This document shows, in pieces, positions 9,123 through 17,352 of a DNA stretch of 64,000 nt. The translations under genes and the position numbers were made by a program. The notes beneath the pieces were generated by a model. It worked only from the letters and a program-made list of their open reading frames with translations, searched no databases and was not told the origin of the DNA. Within the stretch, counting starts at the first letter, position 1. Every line of letters begins with the position of its first letter. The DNA comes from Bacillota bacterium. Its GTDB lineage: Bacteria > Macinerneyibacteriota > Macinerneyibacteria > Macinerneyibacteriales > DSCS01. The stretch is from positions 7,864 through 71,863 of the forward strand of contig DSCS01000064.1 in the NCBI GenBank assembly GCA_011048995.1. Direction: 5' to 3'.

Positions 9123-10091
9123 TCAAGGCTCTCTTTTATTTCGGCTGAGATCCAGTTCTCTCATGAGGCGCGACAGATAACTTGGCTGTATCCCCATTTC
9201 GCGTGCCGTCTTTCTTTGATTCCATCTGTTTTTTTCCAGCCGGTACCGGATATATTTTTTTTTGAACTCCTGCTGCGCTTCTTTAAAGGGAAGAGCATAC
9301 AATTCCGAATTCATCTGTTCGGGCAGGATTGCCATCGGATGAATATGCTCTTTCACATCATCAAGACAAAGCGGACCCTCCCCTTTATAGAAGATCAAAA
9401 CACGCTGAATGTTATTGGATAGTTCTCTGATATTTCCCCGCCATTGGAAATCTTGAAGATACTCAAAGAATGCGGGTTCAATATCCGGGATAAAACCTAA
9501 TTCCCGGTGTATCATATATCGGACCAGAGGAGGAATATCTTCAGGACGCTCATGGAGAGGGGGAATTGTAAGGGTGATGACATTTAACCGATAATAAAGG
9601 TCTTCCCGGAAAAGTCCCTCAGATATCATTGACTCCAGGTCCCGGTGGGTCGCAGCGACAAACCGGACATCGGCCTCAAGAGAGTCCACTCCCCCTAAAC
9701 GCTCAAAGCTCTTTTCCTGAAGGACACGTAACAGTTTGACCTGAAGCGGCAGCGGGAGGTCTCCGATCTCATCCAGAAAGAAACTTCCTCCCTCGGCCGT
9801 TTCGATTTTTCCGGGTTTGCGTCCTTCAGCGCCGGTAAAAGCCCCTTTTTCATACCCGAAGATCTCGGACTCTATGAGTTTTTCAGGGAAAGCACCGGCA
9901 TTAACAGCCACAAAGGGACTTTCACGCCGCATGCTGAGATAATGGATCCATCGGGCGGCGACCTCTTTCCCCGCTCCGCTGGGCCCCCGGATGAGAACCG
10001 TGTTCTCAAATGAAGCGACCCGCCGTATCAGGCGCCTCACTTCACGGAGTGCCGGTGATATCCCTATAAGAGGCAAAGGCCTTTTCAACAT
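9123..10091 (-). CDS. Sigma54-dependent transcriptional activator (bEBP) made only of an AAA+ domain and a C-terminal HTH; no N-terminal sensor/receiver domain
   Basis: Walker A GPSGAGKE at aa ~37, GAFTGA loop (EKGAFTGA), Walker B FFLDEI, R-finger region, C-terminal Fis-type HTH (WNQRKTAREMGIQPSYLSRLMREL). The protein starts directly at the AAA+ core. Confidence 0.9.
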   Translation of the reverse strand: MLKRPLPLIGISPALREVRRLIRRVASFENTVLIRGPSGAGKEVAARWIHYLSMRRESPFVAVNAGAFPEKLIESEIFGYEKGAFTGAEGRKPGKIETAEGGSFFLDEIGDLPLPLQVKLLRVLQEKSFERLGGVDSLEADVRFVAATHRDLESMISEGLFREDLYYRLNVITLTIPPLHERPEDIPPLVRYMIHRELGFIPDIEPAFFEYLQDFQWRGNIRELSNNIQRVLIFYKGEGPLCLDDVKEHIHPMAILPEQMNSELYALPFKEAQQEFKKKYIRYRLEKNRWNQRKTAREMGIQPSYLSRLMRELDLSRNKREP

Positions 10092-10121
10092 AAAACGACT
10101 CCCGCCTGATGATAATACTTT

Positions 10122-11126
10122 CTATTCAAGGGCAAGCTCTTTTTTAACATCACACTCTAAAATTTTGACCAGAAGCTTGACTGTTTCTTCAATGTCGCTC
10201 AAAGAAGCTGTCTCCGATACAGAATGGATATACCGAGTCGGAATAGAAAGGCAGCCGGCCAGAATGCCCGATTTAGACAGATTGATCGCCCCGGCATCTG
10301 TCCCTCCGAAGGTGAGGATCTCAGGCTGATGCCTGATCTTATTCCTTTCAGCGACGGCCATAAAAAACTCTTTTACTTTTTTGGGAACCAAAAGAGAGCT
10401 GTCTTTGATCTTAATGGCCACTCCGTTTCTCAACTTCATAGGCATTTTAGCCGACTCCGGCGTGTCTCCGGTTCCGGTAACATCCAGGGCAATGCCTAAT
10501 TCCGGTTCAATACGAAAAGCCGCCGCTCTCGCCCCGCGAAGGCCGACCTCTTCCTGAACGGTAAAGACAAAATGAATTTCATTGGGGCTTTTCTTAAGCC
10601 GGCGGGCCGCTTCAATGGCGACAACGCATCCGATGCGGTCATCTAAAGATTTTGCCGCGATGAGATCATTCAATTCTGTCATCTCATTCAAAAAGGCCCC
10701 GAAACGTCCCTCGCCGGCCAGGGACCGGGCTTCATCTTCATCTTTCGCCCCGATATCGACATACAACTTGGAAAAATCGATCTCATTATTGTTTTTTACG
10801 GGTTCGACTCCGATGACACCTTTCACTCCGTTATCTAAAAGAACACGTTGATAAAGACAGCGGACAGGAGCGACCCCTCCTACCGGAGAAATTCTCAAAA
10901 AGCCCATCTTATCAATATGAGTTACGACAAAACCGATCTCATCCATGTGGGCGGCCACCATGACCCGGGCTCCGGCCCCCTTTTTCACAGCATGAAGGTT
11001 TCCCATGGTGTCAACGGCCAAAGAATCCACGAAGGGTTCGATTTCTTTCTTTATGATTTCTCTTATGGAATCCTCACGCCCGGAGGGGCCGAAGGTTTCC
11101 ACGACTTTTTTAATCAATGTCTTCAT
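10122..11126 (-). CDS. M42 family (TET/FrvX-like) aminopeptidase, paralog 1
   Basis: GPSGRED, AHMDEIGF, DDR.G and VQEEVGLRGA motifs. ATGA overlap with paralog 2. Confidence 0.9.
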   Translation of the reverse strand: MKTLIKKVVETFGPSGREDSIREIIKKEIEPFVDSLAVDTMGNLHAVKKGAGARVMVAAHMDEIGFVVTHIDKMGFLRISPVGGVAPVRCLYQRVLLDNGVKGVIGVEPVKNNNEIDFSKLYVDIGAKDEDEARSLAGEGRFGAFLNEMTELNDLIAAKSLDDRIGCVVAIEAARRLKKSPNEIHFVFTVQEEVGLRGARAAAFRIEPELGIALDVTGTGDTPESAKMPMKLRNGVAIKIKDSSLLVPKKVKEFFMAVAERNKIRHQPEILTFGGTDAGAINLSKSGILAGCLSIPTRYIHSVSETASLSDIEETVKLLVKILECDVKKELALE

Positions 11127-12154
11127 AAGACCTCCTTAAAATTCATCAACGCCTCTTTCGCCAGACAGATGGCATTTTTATAATCTTCTACAGCCAATAT
11201 CCCTTTCGGGGCATGAATATACCGGACCGGTACGGAGAGAACCAGAGAAGGGATCCCCCCTTTCATGTGAATAACGCCGATATCCGTCCCGCCGGAAACT
11301 GTTTTTTTGTATTGATACGGGATATTCTTGATTTTTGCTGTTTGGCTGAAATGATCGATCAATTTGTCCGAGCCGATAGCCGTCCGGTCCATGAAACTGA
11401 GAGCGGGGCCTTTTCTCATTTCCGTTGAAGGGCTCTCCGAGGGTCCCCGGGGCACATCTCCGGCAGTGGTCCCTTCAAAAGCAATACAATAATCGGGCCG
11501 GACACGCTCTGCAAGAATCGACGCCCCCCGAAGGCCGACTTCTTCCTGAACAGTGAAAACAGCGGTGATATGCACGGGATATTCTTCATCGTCTTCAGTC
11601 ATCAGCAGCTCCGTTAAAAGGGAGCATCCGGCGCGGTCATCAAAAGCTTTGCCTAAAACCACATCCCGTTGTGATTCGAAGACAGTTTGAAATGTACCGA
11701 AAGTCCCTAACGGCACTTTTGCGGAAGCTTCCTTTTCATCTGAAGCCCCTATATCGATGTAAAGGGCAGAAAGAGGCAGCGGGGATTTCCACTCATTACG
11801 GTCCTGAAGGTGAATGGGTTTGGCGCCGATGACACCCGGAACCCTTTCTTTTCCCAGCAAGATCCTTTTTGACACCAGGAGCCGGGAATCCACGCCCCCG
11901 ACAGGAGAAAAACGAAGCAATCCGTTACTCTCCGTCCCGGTCACCATAAGCCCCACCTCATCCATATGGGCGACAAGGAGGACATGGGGGGCATTTTTGG
12001 CCTTTGTTGGTTTTACGGCGTAAAGGTTACCCATAAAATCAACGGATACAGATTCCACATGATCTTTTATTGTCTCTTCAATCAGAGCCCTGATTTCATC
12101 TTCATTTCCCGAAACGCCTATTGCATTGGAGAATTTCTCTAAAATATGAATCAT
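11123..12154 (-). CDS. M42 family (TET/FrvX-like) aminopeptidase, paralog 2
   Basis: GVSGNEDE, AHMDEVGL, FDDRAG and VQEEVGLRGA motifs. 4-nt overlaps with both neighbours. Confidence 0.9.
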   Translation of the reverse strand: MIHILEKFSNAIGVSGNEDEIRALIEETIKDHVESVSVDFMGNLYAVKPTKAKNAPHVLLVAHMDEVGLMVTGTESNGLLRFSPVGGVDSRLLVSKRILLGKERVPGVIGAKPIHLQDRNEWKSPLPLSALYIDIGASDEKEASAKVPLGTFGTFQTVFESQRDVVLGKAFDDRAGCSLLTELLMTEDDEEYPVHITAVFTVQEEVGLRGASILAERVRPDYCIAFEGTTAGDVPRGPSESPSTEMRKGPALSFMDRTAIGSDKLIDHFSQTAKIKNIPYQYKKTVSGGTDIGVIHMKGGIPSLVLSVPVRYIHAPKGILAVEDYKNAICLAKEALMNFKEVL

Positions 12155-13194
12155 CCTACGACCTCCCCGTGAATCTCATCTATATGAGCGGCAAAAAGGG
12201 CTAAAAGGCGCCCTGCACGGCGAATATCCTGAAGGTCCAGAGTCTCCACGGTCGTATGCATATAGCGCAAAGGGATACTGACCTGCACCATAGGCACTCC
12301 CCGGGCTGCAATCTGCATAGAGACGGCATCAGTGCCTCCCGGCCGCGGATTAAATTCTTTCTGAAAAGGAATCTCCCAATCTTGGGCCAGTGCTATCAGC
12401 CGCTCTGTCAGCTGTGGATGGAAATTTGGCCCCACGGCAACAGCCCCTCCGCCTCCGAGCTTAGACGTCTGCCGATCGGGAATACCGGGGAAATCTCCGA
12501 AGGTCACGTCGATGGCAATACCGACATCAGGTTTTATTTCATAGGCTGTCAGCGCTCCGCCGCGTGTCCCGACCTCTTCCTGAACCGTTCCGACCATGTA
12601 GACATCCCATTGATGCTTTAGCCCTTTCAAAATTCTTAATGTCTCTAACAGGACAAGGACGCCGGCCCTGTTATCCATAGCGGCAGCTGAATAATAGCCT
12701 CCTGCCATCCGGGTACAGACATTGTCAAAAAGAACAGGGTCGCCGATCCGTAATCTGGCTTTGACATCCTCTTCTTTCAGTCCGGTATCCACATAAAGCT
12801 CTTCAAGAGCTGTCACCTTCCCTGTATCCCCGCTCTTTTGAAGATGCGGGGGCGTTGTCCCAATGACCCCGCGGATGATCTCTTTTCCGTAAATTATAAC
12901 ACTTTGACCCGGAAGAACACGGGGATCATGCCCGCCGATAGGGGCAATGCGAATAAAACCGCCCTCTTCAAAGGTATGGACAAGAAATCCTATCTGATCA
13001 ATATGAGCTGCCATCATCACTTTCCCGGCGGACGAGGTTCCCTTTTTGATACCGATGACATTATTGAACTTATCGATAAAGGCCTCATCCGTCAATCGGG
13101 CAAAATAATTCCTGAGAAGATGCGCGACATCTTCCTCCGATCCGGATATACCGGGAGCTTCTGTCAACGCTTTCAGCATATCTTCAGTTTTCAA
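12151..13194 (-). CDS. M42 family (TET/FrvX-like) aminopeptidase, paralog 3
   Basis: GISGSEED, AHIDQIGF, MDNRAG and VQEEVGTRGG motifs. The start is uncertain: TTG at 13194 lies 7 nt after GGGAGGAG, and ATG at 13179 is the alternative. The track ORF start at 13347 would run through the divergent promoter and gene. Confidence 0.85.
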   Translation of the reverse strand: MKTEDMLKALTEAPGISGSEEDVAHLLRNYFARLTDEAFIDKFNNVIGIKKGTSSAGKVMMAAHIDQIGFLVHTFEEGGFIRIAPIGGHDPRVLPGQSVIIYGKEIIRGVIGTTPPHLQKSGDTGKVTALEELYVDTGLKEEDVKARLRIGDPVLFDNVCTRMAGGYYSAAAMDNRAGVLVLLETLRILKGLKHQWDVYMVGTVQEEVGTRGGALTAYEIKPDVGIAIDVTFGDFPGIPDRQTSKLGGGGAVAVGPNFHPQLTERLIALAQDWEIPFQKEFNPRPGGTDAVSMQIAARGVPMVQVSIPLRYMHTTVETLDLQDIRRAGRLLALFAAHIDEIHGEVVG

Positions 13195-13223
13195 AATGAC
13201 TCCTCCCTTTCTAATGTGCCACC

Positions 13224-13251
13224 TTGACACTGTTTCGATTTTATTTATAAT
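13224..13251 (+). promoter_or_regulatory. Sigma70-type promoter for the TPR lipoprotein gene
   Basis: TTGACA (13224-13229), 16 nt spacer, TATAAT (13246-13251). The ATG at 13292 is preceded by GGAGG. Confidence 0.55.
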
Positions 13252-13266
13252 CAGAGGGACTGTCAA
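13238..13266 (-). promoter_or_regulatory. Sigma70-type promoter for the M42 x3 / bEBP operon, interleaved with the divergent promoter
   Basis: Minus strand: TTGACA (13266-13261), 17 nt spacer, TAAAAT (13243-13238). Confidence 0.45.
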
Positions 13267-13291
13267 GATATTAAGCAAAAGGAGGACGATT

Positions 13292-14236
13292 ATGAAAAAG
13301 ATTTTTATCATCACCGGGCTGATATTCGCAGCCTGCGCATTAGTCACAGCCCAGAACTCTACGGCTCTTTATAATGAAGGGGTCACACTGCTCGCTGAAG
13401 GGCAGTATCAGGAAGCGGTGGAACGATTCAAATCAGCCGCTATTGAAGACTCCGCTCATTTGGAAGCCCGGCTGGGACTGGCTCAGGCTTATTATAAACT
13501 CTCTCAATGGGAAAATGCTGAAATTGCTCTGAAGGAGGCTTTACAATTGGATCCCGGCAACCCCGATGCTTTGGAAATGGCTGCCAAAGTCAAATTCAAA
13601 CTGAAAAAATACGATGATGCCGCGAAAGTCCTGGAAACACTGACAAAAGACACGGCAGACCCCGGCCACCTTTCTCTTTTGGGCAAGGCCTATTATTACG
13701 CGAAAAAGCGCAACTCAGCTGTCAATGCTTTTGAACGCTCTCTTGAAAACGGAAACGAGAATACAGGCGATCATCGGAAGTTAAGCTCTCTTTATTTCCA
13801 GAATTTCAAACAAAAGAAAAATAAAGCTGATCTAAAACGGTGCTATGAAATCTTAGATAAAGCTCTGGAAATCCAGGAGGAAGCCGAGACTTTTTATTTA
13901 AAAGGGCAATATGCCTATTTAGCCAAAGAGCCGGAAACAGCCAAAGAGGCTTTAATCCGTGCGGTTTCTTTAGAAGCCTCCCATGAAAATGCTCTCTATT
14001 ATCTCACCCGAACACTTTTTCAGCTTCATGAATATGAAGAGGCCCTGACTTACGGGAAACAACTTCTCATGGTCGGCAAAAATTCGAAATACTACGCTCT
14101 CTTGGGTGATATTTGCCGGGAAGGCGGAGATCTCGAAAACGCTTCAGCATTTTACAGGCAGGGAGCCTCTTATTCGGATAAGACAGGGCAATATTGTGCT
14201 CAATATCTTGATTATTTGAATCAGCCCAAACAGTGA
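13292..14236 (+). CDS. TPR-repeat lipoprotein/secreted protein
   Basis: Signal/lipobox MKKIFIITGLIFAAC, followed by several 34-aa TPR-like repeats (YNEGV..L.EGQYQEAVE.F, A...LAQAYYKL..WE.A). Confidence 0.75.
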   Translation: MKKIFIITGLIFAACALVTAQNSTALYNEGVTLLAEGQYQEAVERFKSAAIEDSAHLEARLGLAQAYYKLSQWENAEIALKEALQLDPGNPDALEMAAKVKFKLKKYDDAAKVLETLTKDTADPGHLSLLGKAYYYAKKRNSAVNAFERSLENGNENTGDHRKLSSLYFQNFKQKKNKADLKRCYEILDKALEIQEEAETFYLKGQYAYLAKEPETAKEALIRAVSLEASHENALYYLTRTLFQLHEYEEALTYGKQLLMVGKNSKYYALLGDICREGGDLENASAFYRQGASYSDKTGQYCAQYLDYLNQPKQ

Positions 14237-14242
14237 GCGAGC

Positions 14243-14277
14243 AAGAGGCTTGCGGGAAAATCTTCCGCAAGCCTCTT
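14243..14277. terminator. Bidirectional stem-loop terminator between convergent genes
   Basis: 13-bp perfect stem AAGAGGCTTGCGG / CCGCAAGCCTCTT with a 9-nt loop. T-rich on the plus side. It overlaps the stop codon of the minus-strand gene. Confidence 0.6.
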
Positions 14278-14969
14278 TATTCCAAGGCGTCCCGCTCAAG
14301 ATTCCACTGAACCCATGGGTCTTTTTTATCTTCTTCTGCATCAAAGGGAGCGGGCTCTGTCGGGGACCCCTGAGATGAGATCGCAATCACGTTCAATTTT
14401 TCGACTATTTTGACCCACTCTTCCATGCTGACCTCACGGGGGCCTTCGATCTCAACCGGGCCATTGATTTCCTGAGGCTCCAAAAGAGAAGGATCTTTTT
14501 CGAAGACAGGCCTTTCCCCCTTGACTTCAACGCGGCCGTCGTAGACAAAAAGCCGGGCAGAATTATCTTCAAACTGATCGAGACGATACACTGTTCCCCG
14601 AACCCCGGCTGTTCCTGTTCTGAATGTCACATTATATTCATCCCGGGCCACCAGTTTTTTGACTTTCGTCCAAAAACGCCCTAATGTGACTTTTATAGAG
14701 ACTTTTTTCTTTCCTTTTTCTTCTGTAAGAGATTCAAAATAGACTTTGGAATCAGGCCCGATACGCACCAAAGTCCCGTCGTTAAGGGCGATTTCAATTT
14801 TGCCCCTGTGCGTCTGAATATAATCGCCCTGCTGAACAATCTGCCGCAATTCCGCAGGAGCATAGTTCACCTGGGCATACCCTTCAATATAAGTGACTTT
14901 CCCTTTCATAGCCATGAGAGACACAGAAAAAGCAAAAACTGACAACAAAAAAATCAATAACCGTTTCAT
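14277..14969 (-). CDS. Secreted FecR-domain protein (paralog of 7736..8476)
   Basis: Signal peptide MKRLLIFLLSVFAFSVSLMA. GTAGVRGTVYRL, FVYDGRVEVKG, GPREVSMEEW and W.QWNLERD motifs. ATGA overlap with the upstream membrane protein gene. Confidence 0.7.
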   Translation of the reverse strand: MKRLLIFLLSVFAFSVSLMAMKGKVTYIEGYAQVNYAPAELRQIVQQGDYIQTHRGKIEIALNDGTLVRIGPDSKVYFESLTEEKGKKKVSIKVTLGRFWTKVKKLVARDEYNVTFRTGTAGVRGTVYRLDQFEDNSARLFVYDGRVEVKGERPVFEKDPSLLEPQEINGPVEIEGPREVSMEEWVKIVEKLNVIAISSQGSPTEPAPFDAEEDKKDPWVQWNLERDALE

Positions 14970-15406
14970 ACCGATTCCTCTCTTTTTTCTTTCCACATAA
15001 ACTCAATATTCCTCGCAAGCTCCTCATACCGCTCCAAAGCTGAGGGAATAAGCATCTCTGTCTTATGCCCTTGCAGGAAAAGTCCGTTTTTATACCGGGT
15101 GACAGACGTTATCTCCGTAAAACGGATGATCTCTTTGGGGCGGCCCGGAGCTGATTTCTGTATTCCCCTGTCATCTAGAATATAACGCGTTGTCGATATT
15201 TTTAAAAAGAGCCGGCTGTATTTCAATACCGGGAAGAAAATAATAAAAGCCCCGACAAGAAAATAGTCTGCAGAACTTTCGGCTTTCCCCGGGCTCCTGA
15301 AATAAAAATAAGCGCCAACAGCCAAGGCCATGGCAAAGAGCAGAGCCCGGGATAAATAGGCCATCTTGCGGACAGCCGACTTTTTGTAGGCATATTTTTC
15401 AAACAT
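14966..15406 (-). CDS. Two-TM membrane protein with a C-terminal bacterial PH-like (YdbS/bPH_2-like) domain; candidate anti-sigma component
   Basis: 146 aa. Two hydrophobic helices (aa ~18-38 and 50-68) followed by YILDDRGIQK....IRFTEITSV...NGLFL......MLIP. It sits between the ECF sigma gene and the FecR-domain gene. Confidence 0.55.
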   Translation of the reverse strand: MFEKYAYKKSAVRKMAYLSRALLFAMALAVGAYFYFRSPGKAESSADYFLVGAFIIFFPVLKYSRLFLKISTTRYILDDRGIQKSAPGRPKEIIRFTEITSVTRYKNGLFLQGHKTEMLIPSALERYEELARNIEFMWKEKREESV

Positions 15407-15417
15407 CTTTTCTCCCG

Positions 15418-16023
15418 TTACTCATCGAAATAATCCTTCAGCATCTCTTCTAACAGCTTCCGGGCTCGGAACAAACGGCTTTTGACCTGTCCGCTCGTAA
15501 GGTCCAGTTCTTCCCCGATCGTTTCATAACTTTTCCCTTCAAGAGCCGCCTTGACGATCACTTTACGATAATGCGCGGGAAGATCGTCAATGGCCTCCTC
15601 CACCGCCCGGGAGATCTCCCTGTACTCCATAGCCTCCTCCAGAGAATGCCGCTTTCCGTGCTCCATACGGTCCAGCGCCTCTTCAGAGTTCGGGACAAAG
15701 TGCCGTTTGACCAGATTCCGCAAATACATCTTCCACTCATTAGAGACAACGGTTGAAAGCCATGCGGAAAAAGATCCGTCCCCCTTATAGGTATTTATCT
15801 TATAGTATATCGTAATAAAGACGTTTTGAAAAAGCTCTTCTGCAATTTCTTCATCCCGCGCCAATTTCCGCACATGTTTCATCACAAATAATGTGTACCG
15901 GCACACTAATTCATCAAAGCTTTTCACATCTCCCTTTTGCACTTGCTGAATCAGTTTTTTTTCTTCCAGATCCTGCAGATCACGGCTTGTATTAATATTT
16001 TTCCAGAATTTCATAAACATCAC
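15418..16023 (-). CDS. ECF-type sigma-70 family RNA polymerase sigma factor
   Basis: Region 2 (FDELV.RY...V........D.E.AEEL.Q..F, SAWL) and region 4 HTH (LP..YR.V......EG.SYE.IGEELD...G.VKSRL.RAR..L). The start is ambiguous (GTG 16023, ATG 16020 or ATG 16014). It overlaps the folC 3' end. Confidence 0.88.
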   Translation of the reverse strand: MMFMKFWKNINTSRDLQDLEEKKLIQQVQKGDVKSFDELVCRYTLFVMKHVRKLARDEEIAEELFQNVFITIYYKINTYKGDGSFSAWLSTVVSNEWKMYLRNLVKRHFVPNSEEALDRMEHGKRHSLEEAMEYREISRAVEEAIDDLPAHYRKVIVKAALEGKSYETIGEELDLTSGQVKSRLFRARKLLEEMLKDYFDE

Positions 16024-17263
16024 CCATCAGATAAAAAGAGCCGTGAATGACAAGAACGTCTCCCTCCTCTGACAGCTCAAGAGCTTTATTCAACGCTTCT
16101 TTCAAGTCTTTGACAGAAAGGCTTTTTCCGGGCCCGCTCGCAGCGGCCAACTCTTCAGTCTTGGCCCCTCTGAAGGAGGAGTTTTCAGTAAAAATCAGTT
16201 CTTGTGCATACTTTTTATCCAAGGCCACCATTCCGGAAATATTTTTCCCGTGAGAATAGGAAATGACAGAAACAATCCTTTTCCCGGGAAACTTTTTATT
16301 CACGACTGTGTAAAGGCTGTCCACAGACTCCAGGGTATGCCCCACATCCAGAACCAAAAAGCGGCTTTCAAAGGGGCGGATTTCAACACGCCCTCCGACA
16401 GTCGTCTTTTCCGCAGCCCCGATCAGAGTTTTTTTATTCTTCCACATGCCGGCTGATTTCAGAGCCTGTAGAGCACAAGCACAGTTTTTTAGCTGATGTT
16501 CTCCCTCAAGAGCTAAATGTACGGGCCCGATTTTCTCTTCACCCAGATAAATCTCATCTCTGTCTACGGTAAAATCATTGCCGTAAACGACCGGAATCCC
16601 GCCGGCGTCAATGGCCAATTGAATAAGATAATCCCTTATCTCATCTTTTTGAGGCCCGATAACAACAGGGATTCCCTTTTTGACGATTCCGGCCTTTTCC
16701 CGGGCGATATGCTGCAGCGTCGGGCCTAAAGTCTCCGTATGATCCAGCCCCAATGTGTTGATGACAGCACAGCGGGGGGAGATAATATTCGTGCTGTCCA
16801 GACGCCCCCCCATGCCGACTTCAAAAACGGCCCAATCGACATTTTCCCGTTGAAAATAGAGAAAACTCATCAATGTCATCAGTTCAAAAAAGGTGCGGTA
16901 ACGCTTTTCCCTGTCCGCCGTTGCCGGACGGATCGTTTCTACGAGAGAGGCAAAGCTTTCTTCACTGATCCATGCATCATCGATTCTGATCCTCTCCCTG
17001 ATATTAAAGAGATGGGGTGATGTAAAAGTCCCCACCCGATAGCCCTGCACCATAAGCATATTTTTTAAAAATTCAACGACACTCCCTTTCCCCTTAGTCC
17101 CCGTCACATGAATGGCGGGATACGCGTTGAAAGGAGAGTTGAATTCTTCTGCCAATTCTCTGAAAGCTTCCAGGTTATAATGGTTTTCATTGTAGGTGAT
17201 ATCTTTTTTTATCTCGTAATTGATAAAAGAATTCAAATAGTTTAGAGCATCCTGATAGTCCAT
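15992..17263 (-). CDS. folC: Folylpolyglutamate synthase / dihydrofolate synthase
   Basis: MDYQDALNYL start after a GGTGAGGA RBS. P-loop HVTGTKGKGS, plus GLDHT, GGRLD and Mur-ligase-like C-terminal features. Confidence 0.9.
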   Translation of the reverse strand: MDYQDALNYLNSFINYEIKKDITYNENHYNLEAFRELAEEFNSPFNAYPAIHVTGTKGKGSVVEFLKNMLMVQGYRVGTFTSPHLFNIRERIRIDDAWISEESFASLVETIRPATADREKRYRTFFELMTLMSFLYFQRENVDWAVFEVGMGGRLDSTNIISPRCAVINTLGLDHTETLGPTLQHIAREKAGIVKKGIPVVIGPQKDEIRDYLIQLAIDAGGIPVVYGNDFTVDRDEIYLGEEKIGPVHLALEGEHQLKNCACALQALKSAGMWKNKKTLIGAAEKTTVGGRVEIRPFESRFLVLDVGHTLESVDSLYTVVNKKFPGKRIVSVISYSHGKNISGMVALDKKYAQELIFTENSSFRGAKTEELAAASGPGKSLSVKDLKEALNKALELSEEGDVLVIHGSFYLMGDVYEILEKY

Positions 17264-17317
17264 ATCGTCCTCACCTTTAACCACAAAAATAACACAAAAC
17301 GAAGGAAATGCCAATTG

Positions 17318-17348
17318 AAAACAAAAGAAAGGGCGGAAAAACCCGCCC
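17318..17348 (-). terminator. Rho-independent terminator after the flavoenzyme pair
   Basis: Minus strand: GGGCGG-GTTTTT-CCGCCC followed by TTTCTTTTGTTTT, 5 nt after the stop at 17353. Confidence 0.75.
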
Positions 17349-17352
17349 AATT

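Noticed and set aside
13215-13220. TGGCAC (-24-like sigma54 element) on the minus strand upstream of the M42/bEBP operon, and another on the plus strand at 4356-4361
   Set aside because: Neither is followed at the correct spacing by a TTGC(A/T) -12 element (ATTAG-AAAG and CTTCT-CCCG respectively). The site at 4356 is inside coding sequence with nothing downstream on that strand.
13195-13347. N-terminal hydrophobic extension of the third M42 peptidase (track ORF starts at 13347)
   Set aside because: The extension would run through both divergent promoters and overlap the start of the TPR lipoprotein gene. It is the antisense image of that gene's signal peptide. M42 homology begins at ..MLKALTEAPGISG, and a strong GGGAGGAG RBS precedes the TTG at 13194.
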